64,000 nucleotides of DNA from Mobula hypostoma. Taxonomy: Eukaryota. The position numbers and the translations under genes are program-made. This document shows, piece after piece, positions 12,501 to 24,500 of the stretch (positions are counted from its first letter, which is position 1; each line of letters opens with the position of its first letter). Under the pieces are notes generated by a model. That model saw nothing but the letters and a program-made list of their open reading frames with translations. It did not search any database and was not told the DNA's origin. The stretch spans positions 110,982,001 to 111,046,000 of the forward strand of contig NC_086108.1 of assembly GCF_963921235.1 (NCBI RefSeq), in the 5' to 3' direction.

Positions 12501-15500
12501 GTGACATCTTTTTTAGATATTCGTTTCATCCATGATATTCTTTGCATCCTCCTCAAAAACCACATCTCTGCTGCTACAATTCGTTTCCTCATGTTACTAG
12601 ATATTATCCAACATTCTGAGCCATGTAACAACTGGATAAACGTAACATTTCAGTACTCTGAGGTGGGTTGTCATGCCTAGTTTAGTATTGGTCAGTATAC
12701 TCTTCATTCTCGTAAAGTTGTCTTTTGCCATCCCGATTCTTCTTTTGATGCCCATGTCGCACCTGCCATCTGATGTCACCCAGCTTCCTAAGTAGCAAAA
12801 GCTCTGTAATTGTTTTATGTCTTCCCCATTTATTCTCAGCCTGCAGATAGGATTCTCCTTCTTTTTGGATATCACCATACACTCTGTCTTTTTGCAATTG
12901 ATAGATAGACCCATTTTTGCACTTTCTTCAACAATTATATCGATTAAGTTATGTAGTTCTTCCTCCATACTTGCAATTAATACAGTGTCATCTGCATACC
13001 TGAAATTATTGATGTTTTCACTGTCAACTTTGATTCCCAAGATGTCTCTTATTATTTGTAATAGTTTCACTGTACACATTAAATAAATCAGGGGAGAAAA
13101 CACACCCTTGTCTAACGCCTCTCTTGATTTTGTAAAGTGACTCACTTCTCCATCTATTCTTACAGCGGCAGTTTGTTCCCAGTACAGATTTCTGATTAGC
13201 AGATGTCTTTTGAATGTAGATCTAGAGTTTTCTGTAATATTTCAAATAACTTATTGTGCTTCACCATATCAAATGCATAGTGTTTGTGCGTTTGTGTAGT
13301 TGATAAAACAAACAAACAAATCTTTTTGAACTTGAATAGTTCATTCTGATAGTATCCTAAACATCAATATCGCGTTTCTTGTACCTTTGTCTTTCACAAA
13401 ACCACATTGTTCTTTACCTATTTCAGCTTGTATCTTACTTTTAGCTCTTGTCACCAAAATTCTTAGAAGTACCTTGGTGATATGACTCATTAAACTTATG
13501 GTCCCATGTAATTCACATTCTATTGCTCCAGGTTTCTTAGGAAGAGTGATGAATACTGATTTTTCATCTCTTCTGGTATTATTCCAGTCTCATAAATGTC
13601 ATTGATTAAATCAGTAAGTTTTTGAATTCCATAATCTTCAAGGGCGATAATTTGTTCTATTACTAATTCATCAGGGCCTGCTGCCTTTCCTTTCTTCATC
13701 TTATTTACGAAGTTGCATTATGAACTTCAGATTTTAAAATACTTGGACCTTCAATATTTTTCTTAATTTCTGGTTTTTCGCCTTGATCGTCTTCAAACAA
13801 TTCCTGAATATACTCAGTCCACCTGTACATAATCTCATCTTTTTCCACAATAATGGTACCATCCTTTGCTTTCAAACATCCGCCTGAAGAACAGAGGAGT
13901 TTTTTACCAGTGATATTCTTGATTTGTTGATTGTAACAAGGAGGGAGGAGAAGATGGCGACGCGACGCGACGCAGCGCGCGCTGCCTCTCCAGTGAATGA
14001 TATCAGTATTTGTAAGTAGGGGCCGTGCACAATTCTGATTTGATGGAGACAGACGTGAGAAGCACGGAGTAACATCTGGAGAAACTTCTGAAATGCCCGG
14101 TTCACTGCCGCTGCTACTGTGTGATCAAGAATCTCTGGAAGGGAAGGCCCCAAATCCTCGGCTTTGCCTGTTGCTGGCGGCTGGGACTGGGGTTGACGCG
14201 CTCAGCAGAGATGGTGCTCGGTGCTCGGTGTCGGAGGGCTGGTCAGAGGCTCAGTTTTCGGACGGACTCGGAGTCGGACTGTGGTCGGGTGCTTCCAGGA
14301 TGCTGCATCGGCAAGTTTGTGGTGCTGGAAGCTCATGGCAGACAGTTTTCTTCCTTCTACCGTCTGCGTGAGATAATGGGACTTTCGAGAGACTTTGAGA
14401 CTTTTTCTTTTACTGTGCCCATGGTCTGTTCTCTAACAAATTACGGTATTGCTTACACTGTTGTAACTATATGTCATATTTATGTGGTTTTTGTCAGTTT
14501 TTCATTCTTGGTCTGTCTTGTGTTTCTGTGATATCACCCTGGAGGAACATTGTATCATTTCTTAATGCATGCATTACTAAATGACAATAAAAGAGGACTG
14601 CGTGTCCTCATAATCTAATCTAATCTAACCTTTTTGGATCAGTAATAGGGATTCTTTCTATTTGCTCACATTCTTGGTTTGACCATTCTTCTTTGGCTTT
14701 TTGACATAAGCTTTTAACATTTTTATCTAAGGACTTATATCCTATAGGATTTGCTTTCTTCTGTCTCCTTTCTTCCATTAGATTTTTGATTTCATCTGTC
14801 ATCCATTTATTCTTTGTGCTTTTTTTCTTTTTTAGGAATCACTGACTTTGCTGATTCTACCAAGGCATCCTTTAGAGAGTTAAATTTCATTTCTACATGA
14901 TTGCTATCATCTTCAACAGATTCTATTTCTCGACTTTGGTATCTATTCCTTACTTCAATTGTAAATTTTTGTTTTAAGTTTTCTTCTTTAATTAATTGCA
15001 AGTAGTCAAGGGATTGTTCAGGCTTTTGCTTCTTTAGTTTTTTAAGTTTTACTTTTAGAAACATAGAAACATAGAAAATAGGTGCAGGAGTAGGCCATTC
15101 GGCCCTTCGAGCCTGCGCCGCCATTTATTATGATCATGGCTGATCATCCAACTCAGAACCCAGCCTTCCCTCCATACCCCCTGACCCCTGTAGCCACAAG
15201 GGCCATATCTAACTTCCTTTTAAACGTAGCTAATGAACTGGCCTCAACAGTTTGCTGTGGCAGAGAATTCCACAGATTCACCACTCTCTGTGTGAAGAAG
15301 TTTTTCCTAATCTTGGTCCTAAAAGGCTTCCCCTCTATCCTCAAACTGTGACCCCTCGTTCTGGACCTCCCCAACATCGGGAACAATCTTCCCGCATCTA
15401 GCCTGTCCAATCCCTTTAGGATCTTATACGTTTCAATCAGATCCCCCCTCAATCTTCTAAATTCCAACGAGTACAAGCCCAGTTCATCCAGTCTTTCTTC

Positions 15501-18500
15501 ATATGAAAGTCCTGCCATCCCAGGAATCAATCTGGTGAACCTTCTTTGTACTCCCTCTATGGCAAAGATGTCTTTCCTCAGATTAGGGGACCAAAACTGC
15601 ACACAATACTCCAGGTGTGGTCTCACCAAGGCCTTGTACAACTGCAGTAGTACCTCCCTGCTCCTGTACTCGAATCCTCTCGCTATAAATGCCAGCATAC
15701 TGTTCGCCTTTTTCACCGCCTGCTGTACCTGCATGCCCACTTTCAATGACTGGTGTATAATGACACCCAGGTCTCGTGCACCTCCCCTTTTCCTAATCGG
15801 CCACCATTCAGATAATAATCTGTTTTCCTATTTTTGCCACCAAAGTGGATAACTTCACATTTATCCACATTAAATTGCATCTGCCATGAGTTTGCCCACT
15901 CACCCAACCTATCCAAGTCACCCTGCATCCTCTTAGCATCCTCCTCACTGCTAACACTGCCACCCAGCTTCGTGTCATCCGCAAACTTGGAGATGCTGCA
16001 TTTAATTCCCTCATCCAAGTCATTAATATATATTGTAAACAACTGGGGTCCCAGCACTGAGCCTTGCGGTACCCCACTAGTCACTGTCTGCCATTCTGAA
16101 AAGGTCCCGTTTATTCCCACTCTTTGCTTCCTGTCTGCTAACCAATTCTCCACCCACACCAATACCTTACCCCCAATACCGTGTGCTTTAAGTTTGCACA
16201 CTAATCTCCTGTGTGGGACCTTATCAAAAGCCTTTTGAAAATCCAAATATACCACATCCACTGGTTCTCCCCTATCCACTCTACTAGTTACATCCTCAAA
16301 AAATTCTATGAGATTCGTCAGACATGATTTTCCTTTCACAAATCCATGCTGACTTTGTCCGATCATTTCACCGCTTTCCAAATGTGCTGTTATCACATCC
16401 TTGATAACTGACTCCAGCAGTTTCCCCACCACCGACGTTAGGCTAACTGGCCTATAATTCCCCGGTTTCTCTCTCCCTCCTTTTTAAAAAGTGGGGTTAC
16501 ATTAGCCACCCTCCAATCCTCAGGAACTAGTCCAGAATCTAACGAGTTTTGAAAAATTATCACTAATGCATCCACTATTTCTTGGGCTACTTCCTTAAGC
16601 ACTCTGGGATGCAGACCATCTGGCCCTGGGGATTTATCTTCCTTCAATCCCTTCAATTTACCTAACACCACTTCCCTACTAACATGTATTTCGCTCAGTT
16701 CCTCCATCTCACTGGACCCTCTGTCCCTTACTATTTCTGGAAGATTATTTATGTCCTCCTTAGTGAAGACAGAACCAAAGTAATTATTCAATTGGTCTGC
16801 CATGTCCTTGCTCCCCATAATCAATTCACCTGTTTCTGTTTGCAGGGGACCTACAGTTGTCTTTATCAGTCTTTTCCTTTTTACATATCTATAAAAGCTT
16901 TTACAGTCCGTTTTTATGTTCCCTGCCAGTTTTCTCTCATAATCTTTTTTCCCCTTCCTAATTAAGCCCTTTGTCCTCCTCTGCTGAACTCTGAATTTCT
17001 CCCAGTCCTCAGGTGAGCCACTTTCTCTGGCTAATTTGTATGCTACTTCTTTGGAATTGATACTATCCCTAATTTCCCTTGTCAGCCACGGGTGCACTAC
17101 CTTCCTTGATTTATTCTTTTGCCAAACTGGGATGAACAATTGTTGTAGTTCATCCATGCAACCTTTAAATGCTTGCCATTGCATATCCACCGTCAATCCT
17201 TTAAGTGTCATTTGCCAGTCTATCTTAGCTAATTCACGTCTCATACCTTCAAAGTTACCCCCCTTTAAGTTCAGAACCTTTTATATGACATACTCCTGGG
17301 TTATGGTCACTATTGCAGTCTGCACCTGGATATGTTATACATTGAGTCACTGTGTTTCTAAACCTTTGGTTTATCGTAATAAAGTCAATTTGATTTCTAG
17401 TGTTTTTACCTGGACTTTTCCAGGTCCACAAGTGTCTTGGATGGTTTTTAAAGCAGGTATTCATAATGACCTGATTATTCATCTTGCACCATTCTACCCA
17501 TTTCTCACCTCTTTCATTTCTTTCCCCTAGTCCAAATTTTCTTATGGTATTTCCATCAGCACCTTGTCCTACTTTAGCATTTAGATCTCCCATGACAATA
17601 ACAATATCTTGAGATTTGCATCAATTCTTTGCTTGTTCAAACTCTTCATAGAATTTATCTATATCCTCATTTGTTCCATCCTTTGTTGGTGCATATAGCT
17701 GTATAATTGCAAAATCAAATGGTTGTCCTCTGAATCTAACAAGGAACACTCTTTCTGATATTGCCCAATGTCTGAAAACACTTTTTGCCATGTTTTCATC
17801 CATAAGAATTCCTACTCCATTAGTATGGGATGTTCCACAAGAATAAATTAGGGTTTTATTTCTATTCTGACATGTTGCAGGACCTATCCAACGAACTTTG
17901 CTAATTCCCATGATGTTAATCTTTAGTCTTTCCATTTCATTTTTCACATTGTCCAATCTTCCTGCTTGATATAGGGTTCTTACATTCCAAGTGGCAATAA
18001 TTTCCTTTTGTGTTATTTGAATTTTATGAGCAGTAACTTGATGACAGTCGGGGATCCCCTGCTGACCACAAGCAACCCTACTGAGCGAAGCATCTTCAGA
18101 ATTGTTCTGGAGATCCTCTTGACGCTGTTGTTGTGTGATATATTTTGTGAGTTTGACCATTGTTTTCTTAGCAAATAGATTCTAGGAAACCTAGTATCTA
18201 GCATCAGTGGTTTGCTTTTGCTTACCGTTGGGCGAACTAAGGAAATCGCCATTTCTCTTCCCAAATATTCATCCGCCTGTACTATAGCCGTTGACGTTAG
18301 AGGTCCTAGCTCATCTGCCTTCTCCATCATAAGTTCAGTTACTGAACCTGCCGGATCTGCCGTTGGCCTTTGCTTGTACCCTGAGCCAGAACCCTTGCAG
18401 GTGCTATCGTTCCGGGTCCAAGCGGCCCTGGGAGCAATGAATGAGTAAGGGGTAACTCCACTTACCTCAAAGCTCTGAAAGTCCCCAATCAGAGCCTCAT

Positions 18501-21500
18501 CACCGGTTGCAGTTTAGAGTCATACCCAGTACAATTCTTCTACTTGCAAAAATCTATCCAACCTTGTCTTAAGTATATTTACTGAGGTAGCCTCCACTGC
18601 TTCATTGGGCACAGAATTCCATGGGTTCACTACTCTCTGGGTAAAGCAGTTCCTCGTCATCTCTGTCCTAAATCTATTCCCCTGAATCGTGAGACTATGT
18701 CCCCTAGTTCTAGTCTCACCTACCAGTGGAAACAACTTTTCTACCTTTATCTTATCTATCCCTTTCATAATTTTCTATGTTTCTCTCAGATCTCCTCTGA
18801 TTCTTTTGAATTCCAGTGTGTACAGTCCCAGGCAACGCAACCTCTCCTCATAGTCTAACTCCCTCATCTCTGGAATCAACCTGGTGAACCTCCTCTGCAC
18901 TGCCTCGAAGTCAGTATATCCTTCTTCAAATAAGGAGACCAGAAGAGCACGCAATACTCAAGGTGCAACCTCACCAGTAACCTGTACAGTTGCAGCATAA
19001 CCTCCCTGCTCTTAAATTCAATCCCTCTAGCAATGAAGGCCAACATTCCATTTGCCTTCCTGATAGCCTGCTGCACCTGCAAACCAACCTTTTGTGATTC
19101 GTGCACAAGCACTCCCAAGTCCGTCTGCACAACAGCATGCAGCAGTCTTTTACTATTTAAGTAATAATCTGCTCTTTCAATTTTTCTTCCAAAGTGGACG
19201 ACCTTGCATTTACTAACATTGTATTCCATCTGCCAGACCCTTGCCCACTCACTTAACCTATCTATATCTCTCTGCAGACTCTCCATATCTTCTGCACAAC
19301 TTGCTTTTTTTCCACTCAATTTAATATCATCAACAACCTTAGATACACTATACTCATCCTCCTCTTCTAGATCATTAATGTATATTGTGAACAGTTGTGG
19401 GCCCAGCACCGACCCCTACAGCACACCACTCACTACTGATTGCCAACCAGAGTAACACCCATGTATAGGACCATAAGACATCGGAGCAGAATTGGGCCAT
19501 TTGGCCCATCGAGTCTGCTCTGCCATTCAATCATGGCTGATCCATTTTTTCTCTTTCTCTTACGCCTTCTCCCCGTAACCTTTGATGCCGTGTCCAATCA
19601 AGAACCTACCAATCTCTGCCTTAAATACACCCAATGACCTGGCCTCCACAGCTGCATGTGGCAACAAATTCCACAAATTCACCACCCTTTGGCTAAAGAA
19701 ATTTCTCTGCATCTCTGCTTTGAAAGGGCACCCCTCTATTCTGAGGCTGTGCCCTCTTGTCCTAGATTCCTTTCCGCATGTATTCTGTCTAGGCTTTCAA
19801 CATTCGAAAGGTTTCAATGAGATCCCTCTCATCCTTCTGAACTCCAGCGAATACAGACCCAGAATCATCAGATGTTCCTTGTATGATAATCCTTTCATTC
19901 CCGGAATCATCCTTGTGAATCTCCTTTGGACCCTCTCCAATGCCAGCACATCTTTTCTAAGTTGAGAGGCCCAAAACTGTTCACAATACTGAAGGTGAGG
20001 CCTTACCAGTGCCTTATAAAGCATCACATCAGCATGACGTTCTTGCTCTTGTGTTCTAGACCTCTCAAGATGAATGCTAACATGGCATTTGCCTTCCTCA
20101 CCACTGACTCAACCTGCAAGTTAACTTTGAGAGTGTTCTGCACAAGGACTCCCAAGTCCCTTTGCATCTCAGATTTTTGGATTTTCTCCCCATTTAGAAA
20201 ATAGTCTGCACATTTATTTCTACTACCAAAGTGCACGACCATGCATTTTCCAACATTGCCACTTTCTTGCCCATTCTCCTAATCTGTCTAAGTCCTTCTG
20301 CAACCTCATGTTTCCTCAACACTACAAACCCCTCCACCAATCTTTATATCATCTGCAAACTTGGCAACAAAGTCTTCTATATCATCTAAATCATTTATAT
20401 ACAGCATGAAAAGAAGCAGTCCTAACACCGACCCCTGCGGAACACCTCCAGCCACTGGCAGCCAACCAGACAGGGATCCTTTTATTCCCACTCGCTGCCT
20501 CCTAGCAATCAGCAAATGCTCCAACCATGCTAGTAACTTTCCTGTAATACCATGGGCTCTTAACTTGGTAAGCAGCCTCATGTGTGGCACCTTGTCAAAG
20601 GCTTTCTGAAAGTCCAAGTATACAACATCCACTACATCCCCTTTATCTATCCTACTTGTCATCTCCTCAAAGAATTCCAACAGGTTCATCAGGCAGGATA
20701 TTCCCTGATGGAAACCATGCTGACTTTGCACTATCTTATCCTGTGTCCTGTATCCCAACTCTCTGCTTTCTATTAATTAACCAATTCTCTATCCATGCTA
20801 ATACATTACCCCCCAACTCTATCTTATGTATGTCTTTTATACTTCCCACACTAACCTAGCATGTCCACAACTTACTAGCCCTGACCCGTACATCTTTGAA
20901 CTGTGGGAGGAAACCAGAGCACCCAGAGGAACCCTGCATAGTTACTGGGAGAACAGACAAGCTTCTTACAGACTGCGGGTCCCCCTTGGTCTACCTCAAT
21001 GCACTGTGTAATGACCTGATCTGTATTAACAGTGTGCAAGGCAAGCTTTTCACTGTATCTCCATGCCTGTGATGATAATAAAGCAGTACCAATGACTGTC
21101 TTTTGGGAGGGAGCACCTTTGCTGATGGCTCACTGGAGATCTCCTCAAACTGGTGGGCACTGGTGTAACCTGGACACATATGACACTTCAGTTTTGGTAG
21201 TGTTGGTATCTTAAATACGTTAATGTGAAACTCCTTCTTCCACCCATAATCCACCAATCACCTCCCAGCTTCTTACTTCATCCCCCCCTTCCCCACCCAC
21301 CTGGCTTCACCTCTCACCTTCCTTGTCTTCCATCCCCCCTCCACCTTCTTATTACGGCTTTTTCTGGCTCCTTCCGTTCTGGTCCTGATGAGGGGTCTCA
21401 GCCTGAAACACCGACTGTTTATTCCCTTCCATAGATGCTGCCTGGCCCGTGGGTTCCTCCAGCATTTTGTGTGTGTTGCTCTGGATTTCCCGCATCTGCA

Positions 21501-24500
21501 GATTTTCTTGTGAGTGCTTGTTTCTGCTTGCTAATACCTCAATGTGTTTCACATATGTCTTGTTTCCTGCTCTTTGGCACAGTAATGCGAGTGAAGCCAA
21601 ACGGTTCTGTGAAGAAAAGGACTGTCCTTCGAACTGGAAACATGCGACGGAGCACAATTGCTGCATCTACCACGCAAACATCCACTCCTGTCCAATGGCC
21701 TTCATGGTGTGTGCTTTCTTTAAACAATAATTTCATGGTTTACAACATTTGGATGAGGGGACAGCAGGATATAGGTCATTTGGTGAGACCCAACACAGAT
21801 CGGGGAACTGCTTTGCTGAGCACCTTTGCTCCATCCACAAAAAGCAGGACTTCCTGGTGGCCATTCATTATTATTCCAATCCCCATTCTTATTCTGATAC
21901 GTCAGTCCATGGCTCCTCTACTCCCAAAATGAAACCATTCTCAGGTTGGAGGATCAACACCTCATATTCCATTTCCAACCTGATGACATGAACACTGATT
22001 TCTCCAACTTCAGGTAATTTTTTTCCTTCCTTCTTCCCTCTTCATGCTTCCCCATTCTGGCATCTCTCTCACCTCTCCTCCTCACTTGCCTATCACCTCG
22101 TCCTGGTGTCCCTCCTCCTTTCCTTTCTCCCATGGTCCACTCTCCTCTCCTATCAAATACCTCTTCTCTCGCCCTTTGCCTTTTCCACCTATCATATCCA
22201 AGCTTCTTACTTCATCCCGCCTCCCTTCCCCACCCACCTGGCTTCACCTATCACCTTCGAGCTTGACCTCCTTCCCCTCCCCCACCTTCTTATTCTGGCT
22301 TCTTCCACCTTTCCTTTCAGTCCTGATGAAGGATGCCAGCCTGAAGGGTGGACTATTTGTTCCTCTCCATGGATGCTGCCTGACCGAATGAGTTCCCCAA
22401 GTATTTTCTGTGTGTGGCTCTTGATCAGTTGGAAATCGGGCCTAAGAAATGGCAGACAGCGTTTAATCTGGACTAGTGTGACATCAAATGCAAGGAAAAG
22501 GTTTACAGTAAATGGCGGGACCTTTGAGAGAATTGATATACAGAGGGATTTTCAAAGTTTAAAGTATATTTATCATCACTGTATGTATATGTCTCCCTAT
22601 ACAACCCTGTGATTCATTTTCTTGCAGATATTCAGTGTAGAACAAAGAAATACAATAGAATCAATGAAAAACTGCACGCAAACACACACTGACAAACAAC
22701 CAATGTGCAAAAGAAGGCAGATTGTGCAAATACAAAAAAACCCAGCAATAATAATCTGAGAACATGGTTGTAGAGTCCTTGAAATGAGTCCATAGATTGT
22801 GGAATCAGTCAGAGTTGAGGTTAGTGAAGTTATCCCCACTGCTTCAGGGGTCTGATGGTTGAGAGGTGAAAACTGTTCCTGAACTTGGTGGTGTGTGTCC
22901 TAAGGCTCCTGTACCTCCTTCTCAGTGGCAACAGTGACACGCGAGCCAGGTCTGGATGCTGGAGGATTTTAGGGTATAACACACTGAAAATGATAACACA
23001 GTTAGACAAGATGGTGCACCTGCCTTCATTATCGGGGTGAATCAGTATAAGATTGACCTCATTGAAACCTATCAAGTTTTGAAAAGCTTCCATAGAGTGG
23101 ATATGGAAAGGATGTTTCCTATGGTGGGGATGTCTAAGACCAGAGGGCAAAGCCTCAGAATAGAGACGCATTCTTATAGAATGAGGATGAGGAGGAATTT
23201 ATTTAGCCAGAGAGTGGTGAATCTATAGAATTCGTTTCCACAGGCATCTGTGGAGGCCAAGTCATTGGGTATATTTAAGGCAGAGGTTCATAGATTCTTG
23301 ATTAATCAAGGCATAAAGGGATACGGGGGGAGGCAGGAGACTGGGGCTGAGAGGGAAAATGGATCAGCCGTGATGAAATGGCAGAGCTGACTTGATGGGC
23401 CAAATGACCTAATTCTGCTCCTCTACCTTGAGGTTTTATGGTCTCAAGTCAGGTTGCAGCTGTATGAAACAGTCAGGCAGAAATTCTGATGTCCAGTGGG
23501 GCTATCTTTGGACCAGGTTTGTTGTATCATCAAAGACTCTAGCAAATTTCTACAGACGTACTGTTGTTTATCCCAGGAATGACAGGGTTAACATATGAGG
23601 AGCACTTTAGGCTCTGGGCCTATGCTCTCTGGAGTTTATAAGAATGAGCAGTGGGTCTCATTGAAACCTATTGAAGTTTGAAAGGCCCAGATAAAGTGGA
23701 TGTGGAGAGAATGATTCCCGTAGTGGGGGAGACTAGGACCAGAGGCCACAACCTCAGAATAGAGATGAGGAGGAATTTCTTTAGTGAGAGGGTAGTGAAT
23801 CTGTGGAAGTCTTTGCCACAAGCAGCTGTGAGGCCAAGTCATCATGTATATTTAAATCAGAGGTTGATAGGTTCTTGATTAAACATGGTGTCAAAGGTTA
23901 CGGGGAGAAGGCAGGAGAATGGGGTTGAGAGGGATAATAACTCAGCCATGATGGAATGGCAGACAGCTCGATGGGCCACATGGTCCAATTCTGCCCCTAT
24001 GTCTTATGTTGTGACCAATCAGCTTTTTAAGACTTTGGTCAAGCCTCATTTGAAGTATTATATTGAGTTCTGTTTTCCCTGTGACATGAAGGATGTTGAG
24101 TGTTCAGAGTGGGTGCAGAAGAGATTCACTGGGATACTGCCAGGAATGGAGAATAATCCAGTATATTCCAGGCACCTATTTTCTCTGTGTATGTAAACCT
24201 CCACATCTTCTTTGAGTTTCCCCTCTCAGCTTAATGCACACCCTCTGGTATTTGACTGAATTCTTTTTAAATGTGGGGAGTTCCTAGGGGTGGAAGCACA
24301 AGAACAACGCTTAAGGTACTGGAGGAACCCACCAGGGTAGATAGCAGAGGCCATAAAACTCCTTTACCACGTTGTCAACTTGTGAGGCCACTTTCAGGGA
24401 GCTGTAGAGTTCAAAGTTCAAAGTTTTGTCTCTCAAGGAACATATATGTAACTAAATACAACTCTGAGATTTATTTTTAGTGGGTATTCACAGTAAATAC

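Larger units (their letters stand above)
12219..18532 (-). mobile_element. Apparently full-length RTE-clade LINE (APE + RT), decayed and interrupted twice
   Basis: APE motifs IATWNVRTL, MGDLNAKVG, NQIDFI, SDHNP; RT motifs RYADDTVLIA and YLGSWVTSDG; C-terminus GSECW...EMWFLRRM...GHVIRK...GKKARGRQR; (GAT)n tail; 9-bp TSD aattcttct at 12210-12218 and 18533-18541; ~3.4 kb after removing the inserts. Confidence 0.88.
12085..20825 (-). mobile_element. CR1 LINE (host copy) split by later insertions
   Basis: Segments 12085-12218, 18533-19468 and ~20749-20825 join contiguously; ORFs 18520..18768 and 18876..19409 encode the CR1 RT C-terminus; (acataaga)n tail at 12085. Confidence 0.8.

Noticed and set aside
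15535..17530. Plus-strand ORFs overlapping CR1 copies (also 27933-29939 and 42124-43849)
   Set aside because: Antisense shadows of LINE ORF2, with no independent splice or homology support.
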